Assembly (NCBI GenBank): GCA_964187785.1
Contig: OZ076410.1
Location: forward strand, 40,176,001 to 40,240,000
Origin: Amphiscolops sp. MND2022
Lineage: Eukaryota
Length of the DNA stretch: 64,000 nt
Reading direction: 5' to 3'
Shown here: in pieces, positions 1-9,599 of the stretch
Numbering within the stretch: the stretch's first letter is position 1
Layout of the letters: each line of letters starts with the position of its first letter
Translations under genes and position numbers: made by a program
The notes under the pieces: generated by a model
What the model was told of the DNA's origin: nothing
The model's database searches: none
What the model saw: only the letters and a program-made list of their open reading frames with translations

Positions 1-255
1 AATGTAGAAATAATGGTTCACTCGAAAGTCTTGATCCTGAGCACAAGAAGCTTCGAAACTGCACAGAATCAAAAGTGTGCTCCTCTGTCTGTACTAGCAT
101 AGTTCTTTGTAATAGAACTATATTTTATTCATTCAACTTTACTTCCTGGAAATTCCAACAAAAATTTCTAATAAAAACGCAGGGGAATCATTATTACAAA
201 TTTGATACAAAAATCAAAAACAAGAATCGTCAATAGTTTTCACAAGTACTGAACA
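1..255 (-). repeat. Probable 3' LTR (partial) of the BEL/Pao element
   Basis: On the minus strand a purine-rich AAGGCGAGTGATA is followed by TGTTCAG just after the pol end. No partner LTR is visible in the window. Confidence 0.4.
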
Positions 256-299
256 TATCACTCGCCTTGACTTCCTTTGCGCAAATCAATCAAACTGCA

Positions 300-3200
300 A
301 GTCAGTAGGCAGTAGAAACTTTCGCTACTTTTGAACGGCTCGGTTGTGTTCTCCGCTCCCTGACTTTTTTTTGACAACTTTCACAAAGGAATCTCGCCCA
401 ATGTAAACATGTTCGACGCGTCGAAGTGATAGCACAGGTGGCACATTATCATCATTTTGTACACTGCATCGCCAAGTATTGGCTTGAGGACTTCATTCCT
501 AGTTTTAATTCCTGGTCACCAGCGACATACTCTTTGATCCAACGCTTCCAGGAATGTGTCATTTTTGCTTGGATACAAGCACATTTTTTTTCGAGTTGCA
601 GTGCGAAGTAGATATTGAATGTTGACTAATTTTCGTTGTTGATCACAAAGCTTCAAACTTTGCACTGTTACAATAGGCTGAGGGAGTCAGTGGAAAACTG
701 ATGGAGTGAAAATTCAAGACAAGTTCAATCTGACTGAAAGTTATCTGCAATTCGTCGTAGCTAAGGGCACAATTGCCCTTGACACGTTGCAGTTCCTTTC
801 TAGCGCTTTTGGGCCACTTACCTCAAACCAACAAAAAGAGGAGCCCTGAAAAGACTAAAAGAACAGTCCTGCTAAAAAGACTGCTAAAATTTGCTCCGAC
901 TGGCAACTAGTAGCGTTAGGTGTTCTTTCAGATTTGCTTGCGCTTTAGTGAACTTCTTTACGTTGTCGCTAAATGTCCTCTTAGGACAGCTTCGGCGCGA
1001 AACAAATCTTCGTAGTACAGCAATTAGGGCTTATGAACTCAAGTCGGACACTAACTCCAAGTTCACAGCACGTCTGGCAAAACAGACAAAAAGTGACATT
1101 CAACATTAGCCTCTTTCATGCGAACTATTTTACACAAAAAACGGTCCTCTGATGTCAATGCCAACATCTTGGAAGGCTCTATTTCATTCCTTAGGCAAGT
1201 CAAATCAGAAGATTACTGGCTTTGGTTTAAAAGCGACAACAAGACACACAAGTTCTGACTTTTTCCGTGTCAAGTTTCTACACTTGAAAGTCGAATATAT
1301 AGTTCTAACAAGAGCCAAAATTTGATCGAGCACAGCATGCAATGTAGCGTGGCGAGATTCCAAAAAAATGCAGTAGACAAATATTTAGGCAGTAGTCTTT
1401 CGCTTCATAGTTGAATTTACCCTTAGCTAAGCGTCCTCCAGCATATAGAACTTCATAATTCAAAAAGGCACACATTTTTTTGAATTTTGCTCAATATTTC
1501 CACTTGTGGAATAGTTTGTAGCGTGTTTATTTCATCAGAGAAGAATTTTTCTGCTTCTGTACCATTAGAATTTTAATGGCTTCAGTTGACTCGCTGGCTG
1601 TAATGAACTTAGTATATAATAGTTTTGATTGGCACATAGTTGTAAAACATAGACATAAGCAACAATTCTGAGAGCTTTTTTTAGTGAACGCTGCGTTGAT
1701 AAATCAAAATTACATTCAGCTTTGGAACTTGAGAAAACCTAACCAAAATTTTTGGTTTCGTTTCAGCCTTGCTTCTGTGCTAGGTAAAACTTAAGGGTAA
1801 ACCTAGGTGTTGTGAACTGGAAGGGTCTACTACAAGGGATGCCCACTCCGAAAAATTTCTTGAGAATGTTCCATTTTAAACTGAAACATTTTTTAAATTC
1901 TGCTGTTCTATCAGCAACAAATGTAGACCAACTTTATACTTCTCTGTTCAAAAACCTACGAACAATGGTACAATCAGTCCACACGATTGCCTTGTCAATT
2001 TTTGATTCCATTCGTTATAATGGTTTAACTACTGATGATGAAGCGCAACATACATTTCAATCTTTCCAGTATAACCAAGTCTTTGGCGCCAATCAATATT
2101 ATTGTGATAAGTCAGCAAACACATTTTGATCCGAAGCTAGTTTTGCAATCAGTTTTCTGCAACAGACATATTGTGGAATTCATGACCGGTGGTAACCAAC
2201 AAAGTTGGTCAAATGTTTTTGAAACATTAGTCAGCATTCGTCGTTTTGTACAGGATTCAACCTTCCAAGAATTTGACTTTCAAATGGTGCAGCAAAATTG
2301 ATAAGACGAAAAATTCCACGCAATTCCCAATCTTTCAATCATATGTTCTTCGTCTTGAAGTTTGAAACGTTCAATTGCCTCCCTGTTCTCAGGTTGGAGT
2401 CTCAGAACAAGTTTTGGGTCAATACTCATCTACTTCCTCAAATCAAAATAGGACTGGTTTAGAGTGGAAAATATACAAATTGCAGTTTTTTTAGCTTTTG
2501 ATGCAGAACCAGCGCCAGTCAAAAGTTCGAAAACTTAAAAGTCATGCAGAGTCTTTGACCGCTTGAACAGATGTTTCGAAGTTTACAAGATCGAAAGGAA
2601 TGAAAGGATGAACCAGTACATCAAAGGTTACGTGGGTGAATTTGAGAGCGTCAGGATTTACAAAGAACGTCTCGATCACGTTGCTGTGATTCGACTTGCC
2701 GACACAATTTAGCTACGTCTGTTGACATTGCTACATTGGAAAAACGTTCTCATTTTATAAAATTGAATAAAATGTATTGATGTATTGAGCTCAACATTAG
2801 GCAATCATTTAGAGAGAAGCCATTTATTGTTTCTGCACTTCCATTAAAAACAACGCGCAGTTTCGACGAGAACTGGCTCCTTTGAACACGCAATGATGAG
2901 AAAAATGAAAATGCTGATGATTGTTAAATTCGCTGTTTGGCGTTTTCTATATGTGTCTTCAGTCAAAATGATCGTTTAGATGTCTGAGTACCTCCGGTGC
3001 AACTCAGGATCACGTATAAGTTTTCCCTCTTCCTAAGTTTAAAAACGTCGTTGCATAGCCACGTTTTCACTCAAACCGAGTATCGACTGGCCCCTTTGAA
3101 AAGCATTCAAATGACAAACCGACCATCGTGATTGTGTTTTGTTGTAGACAAAAACTGTTTATCACCATGGTTTTCGTCAACAATTTCAGTAGAAGTCTGC

Positions 3201-3509
3201 TCAATGTCAAAAGTGCTAGCGACGGTAAACTGGGGTCGGTCTTGTTCCAATTTGTGATTTGCCGCAATTGTGAAATGACAATTTTGTTTAACAGAATGTG
3301 ATGTTGAATCTTCGGTAAAAACAGATGAACAACCACCGAGTCGTTGAGCTTCGCAGCTGGCAACTGATTGATTCTTGCGCGGTAACAGTACCAAATGGTG
3401 TCAATGTAGTGCATGTAATTTTGGTAGGTAACCGTGGTGCATGAGACTTATCATTGATGACAAAACTAGCTTGTGATCCGGATTCCTGCATAGTACAGGT
3501 TTTTCGCAT
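300..3509 (-). pseudogene. pol: BEL/Pao pol pseudogene (protease, RT, RNase H, integrase)
   Basis: Motifs ESGSQASFV, KLRVVFNGSA, TKRRML..FDQL, WTDC, WKRWIKEY; multiple stops and frameshifts. Confidence 0.85.
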
Positions 3510-5249
3510 TTAGCAAGCTGAAAAGTTCCCTAGCAAACGCAAATATGTGTTTGGATCCGGGTCGTACATGTACTTCATGCTCGGGATCGCATTCAGAAAA
3601 GTACCCACAGAATGCGATTGTGTTTTTTTTCTTTCAAGGAGGCTGATTGCTGGGTTAGAAAACAACATGACCAGTTTCGAAAACACCCTTCTTGTATCCA
3701 GAAGTTTTGCTGACTCCGCCCAGGTGAATAAATCAGATCCGTACTGATCCAATTAGCCTTGCTTTCTTGACTAACAAGCCGGGAACGGCCCAAGTCGGCG
3801 CCATATCTAAGGCTCAAAAACAGCAAAAGGACTTCAAAGTGTCAAAGTATTCTCTTCTACGGTACCGGAAAAACCCAAAAGGTGAACTTAATTGGCGCAC
3901 CAGAGGGGATACTTTGAGATTTTTCATCCATTCTGTCGCAAATCATCAAAAAAATTAAACAGGCAATGAGAATAATCTAAACAGTCAAAAAAAATCAGTC
4001 ATTTAACAATACCTTCGTGGATGCAGTGAAAATGAAGAAAACCTACCTGAAAAAAAAAAGAAAAACATACATTTTGCTGCAAAATAACAAAAAACTCGAA
4101 GGGGGGACTCTTTGTAGACACTAGAATTTTTCGGGGAAAAGTCGCACAGTGCCGAAAAAAAAATCAAAAGGGGGGACCCTTTAGTCTCGGCTGGTTTTGT
4201 TGGTTACGTTAAAAAAGTAAAAAATGAAAGGGGGGACCCTTTGGAGTTGAAAAAACTTTAGGAAAAAAAGTTGCACAGTGCCGAAAAAAATCCGAAGGGG
4301 GGTGCCTTTAGACACGACCGGTTTTGTATGTTTATTTGAAAAAGTAAAAAATGAAAGGTGGGACCCTATGGACCCTTTGCCTTGGCCGGACCTGGCCTTA
4401 GATGGTTTCAGGATTGTTTCTAAAAAGTGGACCGATCAGTGTGAGGATTGTAGTCTGAAGAAAAAAAAAGGTCACTGCTATAGTCGGGCATTTTTCCTTA
4501 AAAGGATAAAGCGCCGACTAAAAACGTGTCGCAATGTCCAACAGGTTGACCCAAATCAGCCCAGCTTTCAGGTTCTCGTATATAAATTCCAAGATCTTCC
4601 GCAGGCCAGGTAACAGCTCCATTTTCACTAAAGGTTTCTACCGAAACTGTTTGCAGATGCGTTTGTACTCGTAACGTTCCTCCAACAGTTGCATTGCAAT
4701 TGGATAATTGATAAATGTTACGGTGTGGAAATAATCATTTTCGCCTTCCACATGAGCCCAGGGGTTTTTTGATTTTTCAGAATTAGTCAACTGTGAATTG
4801 GAATCAACAGACACCTTCAACAAATCAATGACGGAGATCCAATTCATGTAGGAGCCTGTAAAAAAATATATCCGTTTTGGGGAGTCTAAATTTACTCGTA
4901 TTGCCACCGGATGATTCATACGGAGGAGGATTATCCAATTTTTCTAAAGACTTGTGCTAATTGCTAATCAGAGCTAAAAGTCTATCTACAGTAATACTAG
5001 TGTTATTGTCGAAAACAGCAGTGGTCTCCAAATTTTTGACCACATCTTCGAATAACTATATTATTTCACGATCCCAACGATGAATGTCTATGACTTGTCT
5101 TTCAAAGTACAGCATAGGGCTTCAGTTTCACTTAAACGTTTAGAATCGTCAAATGGATGACCCAAGAATTCATCAAATTCTCTATTCAGACGCGTGAAAA
5201 CCGCTCTTTGTTCACCATGGACAACATCTTGGTTAAGCTTTCCAGACAT
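3510..5249 (-). pseudogene. gag: BEL/Pao gag pseudogene (DUF1759-like), split by the insertion at 3773-4522
   Basis: ORF 4638-4919 resembles the Pao gag pattern F.G....W..F.D.F...N..LS..EK...NY..A..LL..RY; candidate ATG at 5249. Confidence 0.75.
3773..4522 (-). mobile_element. Non-autonomous Helentron-like (HINE/DINE-1-type) element with internal tandem repeats
   Basis: Inverted sub-terminal repeats AGTCGGCGC (3793-3801) and GCGCCGACT (4511-4519) placed asymmetrically; hairpin GCCG-GGAA-CGGC (3778-3789) at one end; internal duplicated 'gcacagtgccgaaaaaaa...ggggaccct' blocks; interrupts Pao gag. Confidence 0.65.
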
Positions 5250-5365
5250 AATTGATTGTTGAATCGAGTTTTCGTTCGAAAATGTGGCGAATAATAACTT
5301 TGATCAACTGAATAGTTAGGTTAGTTGTATTGGCGAAAACCGATAGGCCAGTGAGTAGGTAATGT

Positions 5366-5986
5366 CTAGAAACCACAGTACATCAGTAAGATACTAACCG
5401 GTGTCGTCAGGTTTAGATTACTCTTTGTAAACTTTTTTTTCTTCAGCAAGCGTCGTTTACGTTGGGACAGGTTTCTGATTTTGCGTCGGGTGTTTTTGGA
5501 TTGCGCTTGCAAATGATGACTATTTTGCAGGACAATGGACAAAGATTTCAACTCAAGTAATGATGCAGCAGAACTTTGCTGTATTCCAACGAATGCGAAA
5601 AACTCCGCTGCTTTATCTTTGAGATGAGATTCTTTGTATCTCCTAAGGATTACAGTTTTTCGCAAAGTGATAAAGATATTGGGCGCTCCTGTTCTGTGAC
5701 AGTAAATAAATGCAGCAATGCAACTTCTATAGCCTTCAAGTATTCCCACTAAGGCTCTGGGATGTAGTGCTTATAAAAGTTAGACTTGTGTTTTGTCAAG
5801 GTGTTTTCGAAAAAGATGTCGTGCCGCAAAAAAAGATTGCTTTTGCCCCTCAAACGAGCCATCATTCAAAAAGAATTGAATTGATTCCATTTCAAAATTG
5901 ACGTTTGGGTTATTGGGTGCTATTCTGCCCAGCTGATTGATAACATTTAATACAACATCTTGGTAGGTAAATTCTACAGGATTCAT
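5366..5986 (-). pseudogene. Degenerate ~205-codon ORF of unknown function upstream of Pao gag
   Basis: ORFs 5780-5986 and 5366-5749 are in the same frame, separated by two stops; basic C-terminal stretch RKRRLLKKKK. Confidence 0.4.
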
Positions 5987-6679
5987 CTATTCAATCCTAA
6001 TAAAAACAGGCAAGCTGAGCATCAAGTTGTGAGTCAACCTGACTTTTAGCAATACAATCAAAAACGAGAAAGCCAATGAAATATTCGACCTTGCATGCAA
6101 AAATCAACAATTGCAAAATGTTCTTGATACTATTCCGAGAGTTTCAGAAATCTCCATGAAGAAAAAATCTTTTCCTGGTATTTTAAAAAAGAATTATCTT
6201 TTGAGCATAAAATCAAGTATGGCGCATATAATGAAAGAACAGCTTTTGGGAGTTTATGAATTATGAGAGAAAATTCATGGCACCAGTTAGATCAATCGGT
6301 ACAGATTGAGAAATGCGCACTGGATGGGAAAACTCAACAGAGCCTGAAAAATGCATAAAGTCACTTTTTCGTCAGATTTCTAGGAGTTTTTATCCCAAAT
6401 TGCGAAGATGCATCAATCCATCGACAGCTGGTCTAGTCGGGTTAACATTTTCAGTCTCAAAATGATATTTTTGGTAGTGAGTCGTGATGAAACGACTATG
6501 CTCAAAGCCTAGAACGAATGTATACATGTTGATTTTAATGAAAATGTTTTTGAAAATAGTTAATCAAAAGTGTCTTCGATTGCATTGCGCTTTATAATCA
6601 TCCACAGCGGTGGAAAAATCCAAATTTTGCCAATATGTGTAGCCATCGATTAAAAAATTCAATATGAAAAAAATATATA

Positions 6680-8437
6680 CGTCGCACGCATGGGTAGATT
6701 TTACTATTTACTGTTTTCTCTTTTCAAGGGACTGTTCAATTGTTATCTATATTAGTCAGTTCAGCTTCTGTTGCATTTTGCGAAGTACTTTCAGGCGGCC
6801 GTTCCTTTATTGATTAGGTATGAGTAAGAAAGTCTCAATAGCTTACTCTGTGTTATCCTGAAAAGAAGTGCCTTGCGTGTACGCGCGGACAAAAGAAGTT
6901 GCGTGAGTAAATGCAAGGCAATGTATGTAAAAGAGCTATCTGAAAGGGGGAGAAGTATAGGAAATAAATATGTTGAATTATATCACATGAACAGGCATAA
7001 ATACGGAACAAAGTTTTACAGGCGTAGCAGTAATTATTCCAATTTTACAATTATCAGCTGTTACTGAGCAAAAGAGAAATTTGTTTTCAGCCAAAGTAAT
7101 ATTGCTTTCACTTATTTAAATTTAATGCAAGGTATTCATAAAATTTAGCATCGAAGAAATCATTGAACCTTCATTTCAGTTCAGGAATCTTATCAGAATA
7201 CCAAGGTTACAATCCGTTTTAGCGCTTTGACGGAAGTATTTTTCTTTTTGTGTCTCTATTCAATTTTAAAATTGAGTAGCATCAAGACACTTTGGGTAAA
7301 TAAAGTTAAAAGTTAAAGATTATTCTTTCGGGTGAATCTATGTAACGTCGGTGCAGTTGACTCATGACTAGACTAGGGAAAAGGTTTCTATGTTAAAACC
7401 GCTGAACGAAACCAGCATAAAATTTTCTAAGTTAGAAATTAAGATAGCCGCTGAGTGAAATCTGCGGAAAACTTTCTAAGTTAGAAATTAAGATAACCGC
7501 TGGATGAAATCTGCGGAAAATTTTCTAAGTTAGAATTTAAGATAACCGCTGAGTGAAATTTGCTGAAAATTTTCCAAGTTAGAAATTAAGATAACCGCTG
7601 AGAGAAATCTGCGCAAAATTTTCTAAATTAGAATTTAAGATAACCGCTGAGAGAAATCTGCGGAAAATTTTCTAAGTTAGAATTTAAGATAACCGCTGAC
7701 AGAAATCTGCGGAAAATTTTCTATTTTAGAAATTAAGATAACCGCTGAGAAAAATATCTAAGTTATTTTAGACTCACCAAGCCGCGGACTAAGTCGGATT
7801 GAAGGAATTTTTCTAAGACAAGTTGAGCTTGGGAGAAAAGGTAAGAAGTGGATTGGGAGAGAAGGAAAATTTTATAAGATATTAATCAAAGAAAGAAGAG
7901 AGGAAATGGGAAGATAGACTTTTTAAGTCTAAGATAAACGGCAGCGAAATGAGGGGAAAATAAGCAAAAGAAAAAGGGGAAAATAAGAGTCGAGGGAGAA
8001 GAGGGAGAATAAGAATAAGAGAAGGGAAGTGAAGGAAGAGAAGGGAAGAGGGAAGAGAGCTGCTTAAGTTGAGCTCAGCCGTTCGGCGGGAAGAATGAAG
8101 CTCCAGCCTGTGCGCGCGGTATAAAATCAAACCGAGCACTTCTGCTAGCTGGCATGTTTTGCTTGCTACCAATAGTGGCTGTGCTTCATTTTCAAATCTG
8201 CGCGGTAAGTAATAGAAATTTTCACTTGTGCAATTCCTTTCCCGCAGTACTCCATTATTATTACTTTCCTTTGCGGCCGCCAAGTTATGGCCGCCGTTTA
8301 TTTTATTCCCTTCACTTTCTTCGCCTTTACACAACGTTAGTTCTTTTTCCTGTTTTTTTATGCACGTGTCATTTTTAACATAATCAGCACAGTATTACTC
8401 AGATAAGAATTGTTAGAGCGTTAGTCATAGCGCGACA
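6680..8437 (-). repeat. 3' LTR of element 1 (1758 bp)
   Basis: Direct repeat of the sequence starting at 23420; ends in ...GCGCGACA at 8437; the left terminus reads CG instead of TG; minus-strand AATAAA near 6806-6811. Confidence 0.93.
7418..7765. repeat. 49-bp tandem repeat inside the 3' LTR (7 GAT(A/AG)CCGCTG units)
   Basis: Unit approximately gaaaattttctaagttagaaattaagataaccgctgagtgaaatctgcg. Confidence 0.92.
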
Positions 8438-8452
8438 GCTCACCCCCCTGAC
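8438..8452 (-). promoter_or_regulatory. Polypurine tract (PPT) of element 1
   Basis: Minus strand CAGGGGGGTGAGC lies immediately before the LTR start TGTCGCG. Confidence 0.75.
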
Positions 8453-8487
8453 AGGGTAAAAATAAGGTATTCGGGAGAATTTACGGG

Positions 8488-9567
8488 TTAGGTCAAGAGT
8501 AAGGGGATATTCGGAGGAAGGTCAGAAAAGATGGGAATGTGGTTTAGCACTAGGGATTTGGGGGAAGGTTTTTCAAATTTGATTTGTATAATAACGGAGT
8601 CGTCGTTTAGAAAAGCTTCTCTGAAGTTTACTAGTAGTTTTGTGTGGGCAATGAAGTCTTCTCGTAGTAGGCCAGGGAGTGTGTAGTCGTTATTGCGGGT
8701 GCTGACACGTTCATTCATGTTGGGGGTGACGGGGAAAGAGACAGACCATTTGTTGTCCTTGTTTTTCTGGTCGAGGAGAGCGACTTCTATTTTGCCGTCG
8801 AAGGGCCATGTTCGTGGGAGAGTGAAATCGCTAAGGTAGAGCTCACAGGAGATTGAGGTGTGAGTTCCACGGAAAATGTTCACCCCGTATGGGAATATTC
8901 GGAAGGATATTTTGTAGCCTGTTAGGTGGGTATTATAGATAGGGCTTGTGAAGCTATACTTCTAGTGGTGAAGGGGGTCATCAGGAGATGTTCGGGCCTT
9001 TCGGTAGAGAGTGGAGAATGCAGCAATTTGCCAAAGACAGGGGTCACTGCTTCTGTGATCGATCGTATTAACCTTGCCGAAGATAGAGGTTTGGCATTTG
9101 ATGGTCGCCCTTAGACCTGAGTTAACAGTTTCTAGCTGTAGGCGCTTTGCTTTTTCTTCTTCTACCGAGTTGTTGAGCTGTTTTATTCGGCTTTCTAATT
9201 TCTGACGATGTTGGTAGATCTCGGTTATTGGGAATGATTTCTGTGAGGTAAAATTTGTCGATTTCTTGTGTTGGTTATTCGGGTTCGTTGATGATTCCCA
9301 TTCGTCTATCCACTTGCTTAGTCTTTTTATTCCCTCTAAAGTCTCGTGTTCGTCAGGGTCATCTGTTCTCGATATTGGTGGCCAGTCGTGGGGATGTTTA
9401 GTGGACGTAAGGGTACTTTGTGGGGTAAAGGGGATAGCGTTTGAGTTTAGTGTGCGATTCATTGTGCGGAAATTGATCGTAGTGGGACTGTTAGTCTTTG
9501 TCCTTTCAACGTTGGGTTTTCAATGGTATACTCTTGTCTCCTGCTGTCCCAGAAAACTATTTTCCAT
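8488..9567 (-). pseudogene. TRAF-like protein (coiled coil + MATH/TRAF-C domain, no RING) carried inside the retroelement; two in-frame stops
   Basis: ORFs 8962-9462 and 8488-8883 are in frame across one TAG: 'LWQIAAFSTLYRKA...*KYSFTSPIYNTHLTGYKISFRIFPYGVNIFRGTHTSISCELY...TWPFDGKIEVALLDQ...FLNDDSVIIQI', matching the TRAF MATH pattern (W.I..FS...S.P.YT...GYK..LR.Y..G.G...GTH.S......WPF..K....LLDQ). Preceded by a heptad-rich segment; upstream in-frame ATG at 9567. Confidence 0.85.
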
Positions 9568-9599
9568 GTTGAAAATTGGGGGAGTAAGGTGTATTTTAA

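Larger units (their letters stand above)
1..5249 (-). mobile_element. Degenerate BEL/Pao LTR retrotransposon (gag-PR-RT-RNH-INT), interrupted by a Helentron-like insertion
   Basis: Hand translation of the minus strand gives Pao hallmark motifs in the correct order: gag 'FFTGSYMNWISVIDLL...NYPIAMQLLEERY' (4638-4919), protease 'ESGSQASFV' (~3470), RT 'KLRVVFNGSA...GFSLNDCL' (~2840), RNase H 'TKRRMLTNVSKTFDQL' and 'WTDCTIV...FVADRTAEF' (~2250-1900), integrase C-terminus 'WKRWIKEY' and 'GRDSFVKVV...RAVQK' (~540-330). Many stops and frameshifts. Confidence 0.88.

Noticed and set aside
1812-2301. Plus-strand ORFs 1812-2129 and 2035-2301 as a novel protein
   Set aside because: The minus strand of this interval carries clear Pao RNase H motifs, so the plus ORFs are shadows.
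4278-4613. 111-aa plus-strand ORF
   Set aside because: It straddles the Helentron-like repeat and the antisense of Pao gag; a chance frame.
6672-6680. Target-site duplication for element 1
   Set aside because: The outer end of the 5' LTR is inside the N gap, so no TSD can be assigned.
7418-7765. 49-bp repeat array as a CRISPR array
   Set aside because: Units are contiguous with no unique spacers, lie inside an LTR, and there are no cas genes; the context is eukaryotic.
7882-8334. 150-aa ORF (and its twin at 24716-25108) as genes
   Set aside because: They are translations of the pyrimidine-rich LTR U3 strand, low complexity, and change frame between the two LTRs.
8962-8964. TAG within the TRAF-like ORF as programmed readthrough
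   Set aside because: The context (TAG AAG) is not a known leaky motif, and neighbouring env and pol carry similar random stops, so decay is the simpler explanation.
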